Shown piece after piece: positions 20,913 to 30,660 of a stretch of DNA of 64,000 bases. Origin of the DNA: Sulfuricurvum sp. (GTDB lineage Bacteria; Campylobacterota; Campylobacteria; Campylobacterales; Sulfurimonadaceae). The notes beneath the pieces were generated by a model that saw only the letters and a list, made by a program, of their open reading frames with translations, did not search any database and was not told the DNA's origin. Each line of letters opens with the position of its first letter. Position 1 is the stretch's first letter. Made by a program: the position numbers and the translations under genes. The stretch covers positions 55,391 through 119,390 of the forward strand of contig JAUYUB010000004.1 in NCBI GenBank assembly GCA_030692765.1, read 5' to 3'.

Positions 20913-21031
20913 TTTAGAGGGCTTTGCCCTTTAAGCTTTCTTTCCAATTCTTTCCTCTTTATCTTTAATCTTTTTCAAATTATTTTTTCGCTATAATCCC
21001 GCTCTATTATTCACATAAAACAGGAGCATTG

Positions 21032-21445
21032 ATGGAACAAACATTATCAATCATCAAGCCAGACGCCGTAGCAAAAGGTGTTATTGGAAAAATTTTGGAT
21101 CGTTTCGAGACTGATGGTCTTAAAATCGCAGCTACCAAAAAAGTTCAGCTTAGCCGTCAAGACGCCGAAGCATTTTACGCAGTACACGCTGCTCGTCCAT
21201 TTTTCAACGACCTTGTTGATTTCATGGTAAGCGGTCCTGTTGTTATCACGGTTCTTGAAGGCGAAAACGCTGTTATAAGAAATCGTGATTTGATGGGTGC
21301 AACAAACCCTAAAGAAGCAGAATCTGGTACTATCCGTGCAGATTTCGCTGAAAATATCGATGCAAATGCAGTTCACGGAAGTGATTCTGTTGAAAATGCA
21401 AAGAATGAAATCGCATTTTTCTTTTCAGGTCGCGAGATCTCTTAA
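21032..21445 (+). CDS. ndk: Nucleoside diphosphate kinase
   Basis: [22 protein letters not shown]. Confidence 0.97.
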   Translation: MEQTLSIIKPDAVAKGVIGKILDRFETDGLKIAATKKVQLSRQDAEAFYAVHAARPFFNDLVDFMVSGPVVITVLEGENAVIRNRDLMGATNPKEAESGTIRADFAENIDANAVHGSDSVENAKNEIAFFFSGREIS

Positions 21446-21820
21446 ATGAATACGATTCCGTTTAAGCACTTGGATTCAGTGCCCATGGCATTTGAGGCAA
21501 GACATGAGCAAGCATTATTTTTAGGAACAATTGTTCATAAAAAGCATAATATTGCTCAATTAAACGGTACAATTACGGGAAGTATTTTTATTTCTTGTGA
21601 TATCTGCGCTGAGACTTTTGAAAACACTTTGAATGAAGAGGTTTCATTTTATCTTGCAGATGGTGACGTTCACGAAAATGATCGTGAACTGGAGATTGTG
21701 GAAATTGAGAACTCAGTGATCAATCTAGATGAGCTTTTTAGTTCAGAACTCGAATTGATCAAGAGTGACTATTTTTGTTGCTCAAATTGTGAGGGAAAAA
21801 CACTAGAACAAGAGTTCTAA
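21446..21820 (+). CDS. YceD/DUF177-like metal-binding protein
   Basis: CDIC and CCSNC motifs; ndk-yceD-rpmF-plsX synteny. Confidence 0.8.
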   Translation: MNTIPFKHLDSVPMAFEARHEQALFLGTIVHKKHNIAQLNGTITGSIFISCDICAETFENTLNEEVSFYLADGDVHENDRELEIVEIENSVINLDELFSSELELIKSDYFCCSNCEGKTLEQEF

Positions 21821-21830
21821 TGTAACGATT

Positions 21831-21893
21831 GGGTTTCCTGCCGAGGGAAACCTAGTGTTAACGTAGCTATAGGGATGTATTCCTATAGCGTTT
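21831..21893 (+). repeat. Dispersed structured intergenic element, copy A
   Basis: GGTTTCCT-GCCG-AGGGAAACC hairpin, TAGTGTTAACGTA linker, GCTATAGG-GATGTATT-CCTATAGC hairpin, GTTT. Homologous to 30558-30658, 51361-51424 and 53372-53444. Confidence 0.8.
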
Positions 21894-21920
21894 AAACTTA
21901 AAATAGAAAGGACTATAACG

Positions 21921-22070
21921 ATGGCAGTACCTAAAAGAAGAGTGAGTCACACTCGCGCAGCTAAGCGTAGAACACACTACAAAATTTCACTTGCTCGTCC
22001 TGTAAAAGACAAAGACGGCACGTATAAATTGTCTCACTTTGTTAACCCAACTACCGGTGAGTATAAATAA
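21921..22070 (+). CDS. rpmF: 50S ribosomal protein L32
   Basis: Manual translation [49 protein letters not shown]; below the ORF-track cutoff. Confidence 0.96.
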   Translation: MAVPKRRVSHTRAAKRRTHYKISLARPVKDKDGTYKLSHFVNPTTGEYK

Positions 22071-22073
22071 TCG

Positions 22074-23063
22074 ATGATCAAAATTGCTATTGATGCAATG
22101 GGCGGGGACTTTGGTCCCGAACCGATTGTAAAAGGAACACTAGAAGCTTTAAAGGCAAAAGAGTTCGAAGCAATTCTCGTTGGTAAAAAAGATGAGATTT
22201 TAGCTTTGTTACCTAAGGGCTATAAAGGTAAGATTTCGATTGTAGAAGCAAGCGATGTCATCGACATGGGTGATGCCGCTACTGACGCGCTTAAACGCAA
22301 AGAGAGTTCTATTTATGTTGCGATGGAACTCGTACGCAATGGTGAAGCAAACGGTGTTGTCAGCGCTGGACACAGCGGTGCCACCATGAGTCTTGCGACC
22401 TTGCGACTTGGCCGATTGAAACATGTATTACGTCCTGCGCTGGTGACTTTAATGCCTACTAAAAATGGTAAGCGTAGTGTGCTGATGGATGCCGGTGCCA
22501 ATGTTGATTGCAAACCCGAGCACTTGTTCCAATTTGCCATCATGGGTCATTGCTATGCAAAAGACATGTTGAAAATTGAACATCCGCGCGTTGGCCTTCT
22601 TGCAAATGGTGAAGAAGACTCAAAAGGCAATGAAGTCACCAAAGAGACATTTGGATTGCTTCAAGGGAGTAAAGGTTTTATCGGTAATGTCGAAGGGAAT
22701 AATATTTTCGATTCCACTTGTGATGTTATTGTATGCGATGGATTTATTGGAAATTTGGTTCTCAAAGCATCTGAAGGTGTTGCCACAACCATCAGCTACT
22801 TTATCAAACAATTTATACGCAAATCACCTTTTGCCATTACAGGTGCTTTGTTAATGCGCAAAGTCTTTGCTCGATTAAAAAAAGAGATTGATTATGCTGA
22901 AATCGGTGGTGCTCCTTTGGTGGGCATCAAAGGGTGTGCAATCATTGGGCATGGTAAAAGTAACCCAAAAGCTGTTAAGAATGCTATTTTTCAAGCAATC
23001 AATTATGTTAACACGGGCGTTAATGAACACATCGAAGCACGCTTAGAAGCTCTAAACAAATAA
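22074..23063 (+). CDS. plsX: Phosphate acyltransferase
   Basis: [31 protein letters not shown]. Confidence 0.97.
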   Translation: MIKIAIDAMGGDFGPEPIVKGTLEALKAKEFEAILVGKKDEILALLPKGYKGKISIVEASDVIDMGDAATDALKRKESSIYVAMELVRNGEANGVVSAGHSGATMSLATLRLGRLKHVLRPALVTLMPTKNGKRSVLMDAGANVDCKPEHLFQFAIMGHCYAKDMLKIEHPRVGLLANGEEDSKGNEVTKETFGLLQGSKGFIGNVEGNNIFDSTCDVIVCDGFIGNLVLKASEGVATTISYFIKQFIRKSPFAITGALLMRKVFARLKKEIDYAEIGGAPLVGIKGCAIIGHGKSNPKAVKNAIFQAINYVNTGVNEHIEARLEALNK

Positions 23064-23089
23064 CATTCACTATTCGCAAAAGGCCAATT

Positions 23090-24091
23090 ATGTACGCTGC
23101 GTTTTCCTCTATCGGGGCTTATATCCCCTCTAAAGTTCTCACCAATGCTGATCTTGAAATCATGGTTGATACCACGGATGAGTGGATATTTAAACGCACT
23201 GGAATCAAAGAGCGCCATATTGCAGCTAAAGATGAAACAACCAGCGATATGGGGACGAAAGCTGCCCAAATCGCAATACAGCGTTCCGGCCTAGAAAAAT
23301 CACAAATTGATTTGATTATCTGTGCTACCATTTCCCCCGATTATTTTTGTATGCCTTCCACTGCAACCGTTATTGCGACCAAACTTGGCCTTGAAAAAGT
23401 TACTGCTTTTGACATCTCCGCGGCATGTACCGGTTTTGTGTATGCTCTAAGCATTGCAAAAGCCTTTATTGAATCAGGAATGAAAAAACATGTCCTCATT
23501 ATTGGTGCTGAAAAACTAAGCGCAATAACCGACTATACCGATCGTGGCACCTGTATATTGTTCGGTGATGGTGCAGGTGCTGCCATTATCAGTGCAAGCA
23601 ATGATAAATCTAAAGGGATCGTCGATATCCATACAGGCTCTGATGGTAGTTTTGGGGACTTACTTATGACACCAAACGGCGGAAGTGGTTCCGCCCATGA
23701 TGAATTAGATCGGAAATCTACAAGCTGTTTCATGAAAATGAAAGGCAACGAAACCTTTAAAGTAGCCGTTAGAACACTCACAAATGATGTGATCGAAATT
23801 TTAAAAGACAATAATATTCACTCTTCTGCTATCAAACACTTTGTTCCTCATCAAGCCAATTATCGTATTATAAAAGCGGTAGGAGATGCCCTAGAACTGA
23901 AAGATGAACAAGTCGTATTGACGGTTGAAAAATATGGAAACACTTCTGGAGCATCGATTCCTATGGCTATCAATGATATCTATGAATCGGGTCGATTGCA
24001 AGAGGGAGACATGATGCTTCTGGATGCTTTTGGCGGTGGATTGACGTGGGGAAGTGCTATTGTCCCATTTGCCGGTAAAGCTCACCACTAA
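23090..24091 (+). CDS. fabH: 3-oxoacyl-ACP synthase III
   Basis: [26 protein letters not shown]. Confidence 0.97.
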   Translation: MYAAFSSIGAYIPSKVLTNADLEIMVDTTDEWIFKRTGIKERHIAAKDETTSDMGTKAAQIAIQRSGLEKSQIDLIICATISPDYFCMPSTATVIATKLGLEKVTAFDISAACTGFVYALSIAKAFIESGMKKHVLIIGAEKLSAITDYTDRGTCILFGDGAGAAIISASNDKSKGIVDIHTGSDGSFGDLLMTPNGGSGSAHDELDRKSTSCFMKMKGNETFKVAVRTLTNDVIEILKDNNIHSSAIKHFVPHQANYRIIKAVGDALELKDEQVVLTVEKYGNTSGASIPMAINDIYESGRLQEGDMMLLDAFGGGLTWGSAIVPFAGKAHH

Positions 24092-24132
24092 ACAACTCTC
24101 GCTACAATAGCAGATCTTTTAAAAGGTCTACT

Positions 24133-24522
24133 ATGATTTATACCAATCCTCTTATTTACATTGAAATTCACGAGAGTGAAATCCCTTGGCTTAAAATATT
24201 TACCCATAAAAATCGTAAAGAATTCTCAGACTGTTCACACGAAGAACGTATGATGATTTTTGAGGCACTGGATCTCATTGAAAAAGAGATGCTTTCGTAT
24301 TTTAAACCTGACAAAATTAACATAGCCTCTTTTGGAAACATGCTTCCACGAGTCCATTGGCATATTATGGCACGATTTTTAAATGACAGTTATTTTCCAG
24401 AACCGATGTGGGGGGCTAAACAAAGAGAGGGAGAAGTAAAGATGGCTCCAATGGAGCCATTTATTGAGAATTTAAAAGCCGTATTAGCTTCTAGGCTTGT
24501 TTTGTCCACCGAAGCTACGTGA
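24133..24522 (+). CDS. HIT family protein
   Basis: KINIASFGNMLPRVHWHI. Confidence 0.85.
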   Translation: MIYTNPLIYIEIHESEIPWLKIFTHKNRKEFSDCSHEERMMIFEALDLIEKEMLSYFKPDKINIASFGNMLPRVHWHIMARFLNDSYFPEPMWGAKQREGEVKMAPMEPFIENLKAVLASRLVLSTEAT

Positions 24523-26148
24523 ACGATCACCCGCTCCACGATCTGCACCGCCAGCATTACGATCGTTATTACCACGGTATCCACCGCCCGTACTGCCACC
24601 ACGCTCACCCGCGCCTGCATTACGATCGTTATTACCACGGTATCCGCCGCCGCTGCCGCCACGATCCCCACCGCCAGCATTACGATCGTTGTTACCACGA
24701 TATCCGCCACCACCGCTACGATTACCACGGTATCCGCCGCCACGGTTATTACCACCACGGTCATGACTATTTGCAAGGTTATGAAGAATTTTCTCCATAC
24801 GCTCTGCAGAAATACCAATCTGATTTGGCCCTTGAACTGTATTACGCTCCATGAGCAAAGAGATCAATTTATACGCGATCTGCTCTTGATCAAATTCTTC
24901 TTTAAGCGCATCCAATACTTTATGAGCAATATCATTCACATGCTGTTTTTCGATTTCAGCAAGTAAACGGTTGATATGTGATTCCTTAACATCCAATTTA
25001 CTTGGAATGTAAGCATGCTCCATAGTCGTTCCAACTTTGGATTTGATACGCTGAAGCTCTTTGAACTCGATTGGCGTTACCAAAGTAATCGCAACCCCTT
25101 TTTTACCTGCACGTCCCGTACGTCCGATACGGTGTACATAACTTTCAGAGTCAAAAGGAATATGATAGTTAAATACGTGCGTGATGTCATCAATATGCAA
25201 ACCACGTGCTGCTACGTCTGTAGCGATCAATACATCAAATGCATCGGTCTTAACGCCTTTAATAACACTCTCGCGCTGACGCTGCTCCATATCTCCATGA
25301 AGTCCTTTTGCGGAATAACCTGCCGCCGAAAGAACATTTGAAAGACGATCAACCTCTTTTTTCGTACGACAGAAAACAACCGTCTTCTTCGCATCTTCAG
25401 CATCCATCAAACGGATGATTGCATCATCACGCTCTGATTCTTCGATTACATAATACTGTTGTGTAATATCTGTATTCGTAGTCTCTTCTCTCGTGATAGA
25501 AGCGAAGAATGGGTCTACTAGGATGCGCTCTGCAAGCTTTTTGATCGGCATTGGCATTGTTGCTGAAAAGAGCAATGTTTGGCGCTCTGTTGGAAGATAG
25601 CTAAAGATTTCATTGATATCGTCCAAGAATCCCATATCCAACATCTCATCTGCTTCATCCAAAATAACGGTTGATGGGGCAAAGCCTTTGAGCATGTTAC
25701 GGCTAAGCATATCCAATAAACGCCCTGGTGTAGCGATAATAACTTGTGCACCACGCTCAATCATATCTATTTGGCGGTTATATGAACTTCCACCGTAAAT
25801 AGTTACTGTACGAACACCGAGGTGCTTGCCGTATTTGAAAATTTCATCACTTACCTGATTAGCAAGTTCACGCGTTGGAGTTACGATAAGAACTTCGATT
25901 CCGCCTTTTAAGTGCATTTTATTCAATGCCGGCAAACCAAATGCTGCTGTTTTACCTGTACCTGTATGTGCTTGACCTACTACGTCGCGGCCTTGCATAA
26001 TAACCGGGATAACCATTGACTGGATAGGACTCGGAACTGTAAATCCAGCATGTGTAATGCTTTGCATAATCTCGCTACGAAGACCAAAATCTGCAAATGT
26101 TCCCACAACTGCTTCGTTTTCGCTTACTTGTATTTCGTTGTTACTCAT
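24484..26148 (-). CDS. DEAD-box RNA helicase (DeaD/CshA-like) with an RGG-rich tail
   Basis: AHTGTGKT, PTRELA, DEAD, SAT, HRIGRTGR. Confidence 0.96.
   Translation of the reverse strand: MSNNEIQVSENEAVVGTFADFGLRSEIMQSITHAGFTVPSPIQSMVIPVIMQGRDVVGQAHTGTGKTAAFGLPALNKMHLKGGIEVLIVTPTRELANQVSDEIFKYGKHLGVRTVTIYGGSSYNRQIDMIERGAQVIIATPGRLLDMLSRNMLKGFAPSTVILDEADEMLDMGFLDDINEIFSYLPTERQTLLFSATMPMPIKKLAERILVDPFFASITREETTNTDITQQYYVIEESERDDAIIRLMDAEDAKKTVVFCRTKKEVDRLSNVLSAAGYSAKGLHGDMEQRQRESVIKGVKTDAFDVLIATDVAARGLHIDDITHVFNYHIPFDSESYVHRIGRTGRAGKKGVAITLVTPIEFKELQRIKSKVGTTMEHAYIPSKLDVKESHINRLLAEIEKQHVNDIAHKVLDALKEEFDQEQIAYKLISLLMERNTVQGPNQIGISAERMEKILHNLANSHDRGGNNRGGGYRGNRSGGGGYRGNNDRNAGGGDRGGSGGGYRGNNDRNAGAGERGGSTGGGYRGNNDRNAGGADRGAGDRSRSFGGQNKPRS
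24540..24760 (-). repeat. Intragenic repeats encoding GGGYRGNNDRNAG-type units
   Basis: CATTACGATCGTT(A/G)TTACCACG(G/A)TATCC occurs three times, plus partial units, in the helicase 3' end. Confidence 0.9.
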
Positions 26149-26385
26149 AATTTACCTTTAATTAATACGCCACGCCAGCAATAAAAAGAAACTCCGCATT
26201 CCCCTATGGAATGGTTTCTAAAAAGCCCATGTTGCTACGCTGTGCTGCTGTGACGCTGTATCTTAACCCTCTATTGGGCAGAAAATTTTCAGAGATCATG
26301 ATCGTGCGATCTCTACCATGGAAGGTACCTTTGTAAATCATCACACACGTTGATAACTTACGAAGGTACCCAAAAATTTGAGCGA
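26149..26385 (-). promoter_or_regulatory. Long structured 5' leader of the DEAD-box helicase
   Basis: gggTACAAT -10 box near 26390; 20-bp stem at 26324-26370; AGAGATC/GATCTCT stem at 26291-26314. Confidence 0.55.
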
Positions 26386-26533
26386 ATTGTACCCATCTTG
26401 ACCATAATTCTTCCTGATATTACAGCAATACCAAAAGTTAAAGTTAACTTTTAGTTTCTATTCGCTTATGATTTGTACTATTTTTTTAATTTTGAATCAC
26501 TATACTGCCAAAAAACATTAGGGAGAACTCATT

Positions 26534-26737
26534 ATGTTCAATGTACGTATAGAAAGAGAATGCGGTTGTTTTAAACGCAGCGGTATGCCAACGATCAAAG
26601 CATTTGATAACAAAGATGATGCATTAGTAGAAGCAACTGACTGGGCAGACGAGATGAATGAAACATTTTGCCGCAAACACCGTTTTGTTGTTGTTGAAGA
26701 GGGAAATGACCTACTTATTACAATGGCAATGAACTAA
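26534..26737 (+). CDS. Small hypothetical protein (67 aa) with ECGC and FCRKH motifs
   Basis: SD GGGAG before ATG; plausible composition; potential Cys/His ligands. Confidence 0.8.
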   Translation: MFNVRIERECGCFKRSGMPTIKAFDNKDDALVEATDWADEMNETFCRKHRFVVVEEGNDLLITMAMN

Positions 26738-26753
26738 TATTTAAAGGCTATCG

Positions 26754-27677
26754 TCACTTTCGGTGACGATCCAGCCACACCATGAGTCCTTTTTGACCAT
26801 GCAGACGGTTTTCTGCTTCTTGAAAAATCACACTTTGATCCCCTTCTAGCACCGATTCACTCACTTCAACTTCACGATACGCCGGTAAACAATGTAAAAA
26901 TATTGCGTACGTATCCGCTAAAGCCATCAGCGTATCATCAACAATATACCCTTTAAAATCAGCGATACGCTGTGCTTTTTCTTCTTCTTGACCCATTGAA
27001 ATCCACGTATCGGTTGTAACTACCGTAGCCCCCGCAACCGCAATTTTTGGATCATTCGTAAACGATATTTTTGCACCGCTGTGTTTTGCAAACTCCAGTG
27101 CGTCTGCCACAATCACAGGATCACATTCGTATCCTACTGGTGTGGCTACGCGTAATTCAAACCCAAGTTTTGCCGCTAACATCAACCATGAATGGGTCAT
27201 ATTGTTACCATCGCCCACATAGGCAACAATAGGCTCAACATGGCGTCCGCACTCAACCATCGTCATATAATCGGCAATAAGCTGTACGGGATGATAACTG
27301 TCGCTAAGGCCATTAATCACAGGAACAGAGGAATATTTAGAGAACTCTTCAAGTTTTGAGTGTTCATAGGTTCGGATCATCACCATATCCGTCATCGAAG
27401 AGATAACGCGTGCGGTATCTTTGACCGGTTCGCCACGCCCTAAATGAATATCACGGTTGGATAAGAATAAAGCATGACCGCCCAATTGAAACATCCCCGC
27501 TTCAAAACTCACACGCGTTCGTGTTGAGCTTTTTTCAAATATCATAGCAAGTGTTTGTCCCGCTAAGTAGGGATGAGGCTTTTTTGCCTTTTGCTCTTGT
27601 TTAATCACTAATGCCAAATTTACGATCTCTAAGATCTCTTCTTTAGTATAGTCCCTCAACGTCAAAAAATGTCTCAC
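26754..27677 (-). CDS. argF: Ornithine carbamoyltransferase
   Basis: [23 protein letters not shown]. Confidence 0.97.
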   Translation of the reverse strand: MRHFLTLRDYTKEEILEIVNLALVIKQEQKAKKPHPYLAGQTLAMIFEKSSTRTRVSFEAGMFQLGGHALFLSNRDIHLGRGEPVKDTARVISSMTDMVMIRTYEHSKLEEFSKYSSVPVINGLSDSYHPVQLIADYMTMVECGRHVEPIVAYVGDGNNMTHSWLMLAAKLGFELRVATPVGYECDPVIVADALEFAKHSGAKISFTNDPKIAVAGATVVTTDTWISMGQEEEKAQRIADFKGYIVDDTLMALADTYAIFLHCLPAYREVEVSESVLEGDQSVIFQEAENRLHGQKGLMVWLDRHRK

Positions 27678-27724
27678 GAAAAATCCTCATTTTCAAAAAA
27701 CAATCATATCATAAAATTATTTCA

Positions 27725-28690
27725 TTACGATAATAGTTGCGCAACCTCTTTGGCGTGATAACTGATAATAATGTCGGCACCTGCTCGTTTGAAGCCAATC
27801 ATCGTTTCCATCATAACACGATTATAATCGATCAAACCTGCCTTTCCTGCGTGTTTTAACATCGCGTATTCGCCGCTGACGTTGTACACTGCAAGAGGAA
27901 GATTGGAAGCTTCGCGAATATCCCGAATAATGTCAAGATACGCCAATGCAGGTTTTACCATCAATATATCTGCGCCCTGAGCTTCATCCAAAAGACTTTC
28001 ACGTATTGCTTCACGACGGTTGGCAGGATCCATCTGATACGTAGAGCGATCACCGAAGCTAGGTACCGATTCAGCTACGTCACGAAACGGACCATAATAC
28101 CCGCTGGCAAATTTCGTCGAGTAACTCATAATGGGAAGATTGACGTATCCCCCTGAATCCAACGCATCGCGCAATGTTGTAATAATCCCGTCCATCATCC
28201 CCGATGGAGCAATCATATCGACACCGGCTCGTGCATGTACGAGTGCCTGCTGCCCTGAAATACCTAATGTCAAATCATTATCAACTGTCTCATGTACATG
28301 ATCGATAATCCCGCAATGCCCGTGATCCGTATATTCGCAAAAACATAGATCCGTGACGACAAACATTTTCGGGTACGCACGCTTAACAGCTCGAACTGCG
28401 GTCGCGATGATTCCATGATCACACAAGGCATCCGATCCCACAGAATCTTTCACCGCAGGGATACCAAAAAGAAGAATCGAATGAATCCCCAGTGCTTGAA
28501 GTACTTCGCACTCTTTAAGTATCTCATCCAAACTCATCTGATAGACACCCGGCATTGAAGCTACTTCTGTTTTAATCCCCTCACCCGGTTTTACAAAAAG
28601 TGGATAAATAAAGTCATCAGCACGAACGTGTGTTTCACGTACCAGTGATCTAAGATGAGGGTTCATGCGTGTGCGACGTAAACGATCCAT
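27725..28690 (-). CDS. hemB: Porphobilinogen synthase
   Basis: [14 protein letters not shown] zinc site, MVKPAL, YNVSGEY; start MDRLRR after GGAG. Confidence 0.97.
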   Translation of the reverse strand: MDRLRRTRMNPHLRSLVRETHVRADDFIYPLFVKPGEGIKTEVASMPGVYQMSLDEILKECEVLQALGIHSILLFGIPAVKDSVGSDALCDHGIIATAVRAVKRAYPKMFVVTDLCFCEYTDHGHCGIIDHVHETVDNDLTLGISGQQALVHARAGVDMIAPSGMMDGIITTLRDALDSGGYVNLPIMSYSTKFASGYYGPFRDVAESVPSFGDRSTYQMDPANRREAIRESLLDEAQGADILMVKPALAYLDIIRDIREASNLPLAVYNVSGEYAMLKHAGKAGLIDYNRVMMETMIGFKRAGADIIISYHAKEVAQLLS

Positions 28691-28781
28691 AATGAGGCTC
28701 CGATGCAAAATAAAGGGAAAATTGTACCTTCACTACGATTAATAAACCATTTTTTCAGAAACGACCATTATAATGACACCT

Positions 28782-29372
28782 ATGAAAACACCGATAAATT
28801 TTGAAAAATCCGACATTGCCAACCTACCCACAAAACATGGGCATTTTAAAGTTCGTGCGTATAAAGAGGGGACTCAAGAACATCTCGCCATCTTTACCGA
28901 AAACTTTGAGAAGAATGAAGCTCCGCTGGTACGTATCCATTCTCAATGCCTTACCGGTGACACCTTTGGCAGTATCAAATGTGATTGTAACAATCAGCTG
29001 CACAAAGCACTCGACCTGATTTCCAAAGAGGGTGGATTGATCATCTATCATGCGCAAGAAGGACGAAATATCGGTTTGCTCAATAAGCTCAATGCATATG
29101 CACTCCAAGATCAAGGACGCAATACAATTGAAGCTAATCTTGAGCTAGGGTTTCAACCCGATCAACGAACCTATGATGTTGTTAATGAAGTTTTTAAAGA
29201 CTTTGGACTGACAAAAATTCGGTTACTCACCAATAATCCTGCTAAAGTTTTGGTTGTTAAAGGATTGAATGTTGAAATCATTGAACGTATTCCCATCATC
29301 ATTGACTCCAATCCCTATAATGAAGCGTATTTAAAAACTAAAAAAGATCATATGGGGCACTACCTTGACTAA
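28782..29372 (+). CDS. ribA: GTP cyclohydrolase II
   Basis: RIHSQCLTGD, CDC, QEGRNIGL, LLTNNP. Confidence 0.95.
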   Translation: MKTPINFEKSDIANLPTKHGHFKVRAYKEGTQEHLAIFTENFEKNEAPLVRIHSQCLTGDTFGSIKCDCNNQLHKALDLISKEGGLIIYHAQEGRNIGLLNKLNAYALQDQGRNTIEANLELGFQPDQRTYDVVNEVFKDFGLTKIRLLTNNPAKVLVVKGLNVEIIERIPIIIDSNPYNEAYLKTKKDHMGHYLD

Positions 29373-29943
29373 TTTACATCGCTTAATGAAAGAACAAAAT
29401 ATTACCGTTGATCCTCAATTTTATGACTATGCCCAACAATACAAAGAATTATTGGAAAAATGGAATAAAGTCCATAATCTCACCGGCGCTAAGACGCCCG
29501 CACAAATTGATAGCTTTATCGTTGATGCCATCGCCCCTATTACTTTTTTGCCTTCAATCAAAACCGCAATGGATATTGGAACAGGTGCAGGATTTCCGGG
29601 AATGATATTGGCTATGGGGATGCCAAATACGCACTTTACTCTCGTAGAGCCACTTGCCAAACGGGCCAGTTTTTTACAGTTCGTCAAAGCCGATTTGGGA
29701 CTTGTGAATGTAGAAGTAAAAGCAGTACGTGTGGAACAATTACTACCGCAATCTTATGATTTAATCACTTCTCGTGCCGTTACCGATACCAAAATGCTGA
29801 TGCAACTCTCCCAGCCATTTCGCCAAGCAGGGAGCCTTTTACTTTTCTACAAAGGTGAAAAAGTGTACGATGAAGTAAGCGAACTCTCAAACTATAAAAT
29901 CATTGAAATGGTCAACCGCCATTATCTTCTAATCGAGTCATAA
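29365..29943 (+). CDS. rsmG: 16S rRNA m7G527 methyltransferase
   Basis: WNKVHNLTG, DIGTGAGFPG, ITSRAV. Confidence 0.95.
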   Translation: MTNLHRLMKEQNITVDPQFYDYAQQYKELLEKWNKVHNLTGAKTPAQIDSFIVDAIAPITFLPSIKTAMDIGTGAGFPGMILAMGMPNTHFTLVEPLAKRASFLQFVKADLGLVNVEVKAVRVEQLLPQSYDLITSRAVTDTKMLMQLSQPFRQAGSLLLFYKGEKVYDEVSELSNYKIIEMVNRHYLLIES

Positions 29944-29945
29944 GC

Positions 29946-30158
29946 ATGTTATTTAAACTTTTACTATTGGGCGGTTTTATCGCTATTGTTTATTACGTTT
30001 TCTTCAATAAAAAAAGTCTTCCTACCCCCAATAAAGATAACCACAAACCTGAAGAACCGATGATAGCATGTGCAAAATGCGGAACATACGCGGACATCAA
30101 AGAGACCTTTATCCGCGATGGATACTATTACTGTTCACGCGAATGCATGGAGGCATAA
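29946..30158 (+). CDS. PP0621-like small membrane-anchored zinc-binding protein
   Basis: N-terminal TM, CAKC...YYCSREC. Confidence 0.8.
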   Translation: MLFKLLLLGGFIAIVYYVFFNKKSLPTPNKDNHKPEEPMIACAKCGTYADIKETFIRDGYYYCSRECMEA

Positions 30159-30159
30159 C

Positions 30160-30552
30160 ATGATACTTTTCGGCCATCCCCTGATTTCCTCAGAGCGTTT
30201 TTATCACATAGAATCAATCGAAGCGATTGAAAAAACCCCTTCCAACTCCATTATCGCTCTTTTTTTCGCACCGCAGAATCTTGATCTTATCAGCTATCTA
30301 CAAACCAATAAAATACGTTTCGCCTTGTACGTCGCCTCAATCACCGAAGCGGTATTGGCAGAGAATATGAATGCCAGCTATTTATTGGTCCATCCAAAAG
30401 TGGGTCAGGAAATTCAAAAAGTAGCCGAGCATTACATGTTTGATGCCAAAGTGTTGGGTTATATCGAGCAGGAAGATCAGCTTGAAAAACTCATAGAGAT
30501 GCGCCTAGACGGTGCTATTTTTATCGAAGCGATTGTAAAAATCACGTCGTAA
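30160..30552 (+). CDS. Conserved hypothetical protein
   Basis: MILFGHPLI start after GGAGG; continues the ribA-rsmG operon. Confidence 0.75.
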   Translation: MILFGHPLISSERFYHIESIEAIEKTPSNSIIALFFAPQNLDLISYLQTNKIRFALYVASITEAVLAENMNASYLLVHPKVGQEIQKVAEHYMFDAKVLGYIEQEDQLEKLIEMRLDGAIFIEAIVKITS

Positions 30553-30557
30553 TTTTA

Positions 30558-30658
30558 TACGCTATCGGAACAAGCCCCGATTAACTACGTTAACACTAGG
30601 TTTTAGCCGCAAGGGGCACAATACCCTCAGCGGGAAGCTCAAATCGCGTTGCGATTTA
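30558..30658 (-). repeat. Dispersed structured intergenic element, copy B (long form)
   Basis: CTACGTTAACACTAGG at 30585-30600 is the exact reverse complement of 21851-21866; covarying ATCGG/CCGAT stem. Confidence 0.8.
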
Positions 30659-30660
30659 TA

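Noticed and set aside
21831-21893. HEARO/omegaRNA similarity through the CTACGTT word
   Set aside because: Only a 7-mer is shared, the element is far too short, and no IscB/TnpB gene is adjacent
24540-24760. Regularly spaced ~27-bp repeats resembling a CRISPR array
   Set aside because: They are in frame within a coding region, the spacers are similar to each other, and there are no cas genes
24390-24854. Plus-strand ORFs rich in His-Asp-Arg-Tyr, Pro-Arg or Val (24390, 24497, 24519)
   Set aside because: They are antisense shadows of the helicase GGYRGNNDR repeats, with no SD or independent support
26225-26250. GCGTAGCAA...TTGCTGGCGT in the helicase leader as a fifth repeat copy
   Set aside because: Only the GCGTAG word matches; the hairpin geometry and linker do not
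30553-30660. Candidate 6S RNA or tRNA in the gap 3' of alr
   Set aside because: It has no cloverleaf or long 6S-type rod with a central bubble; the repeat family explains it better
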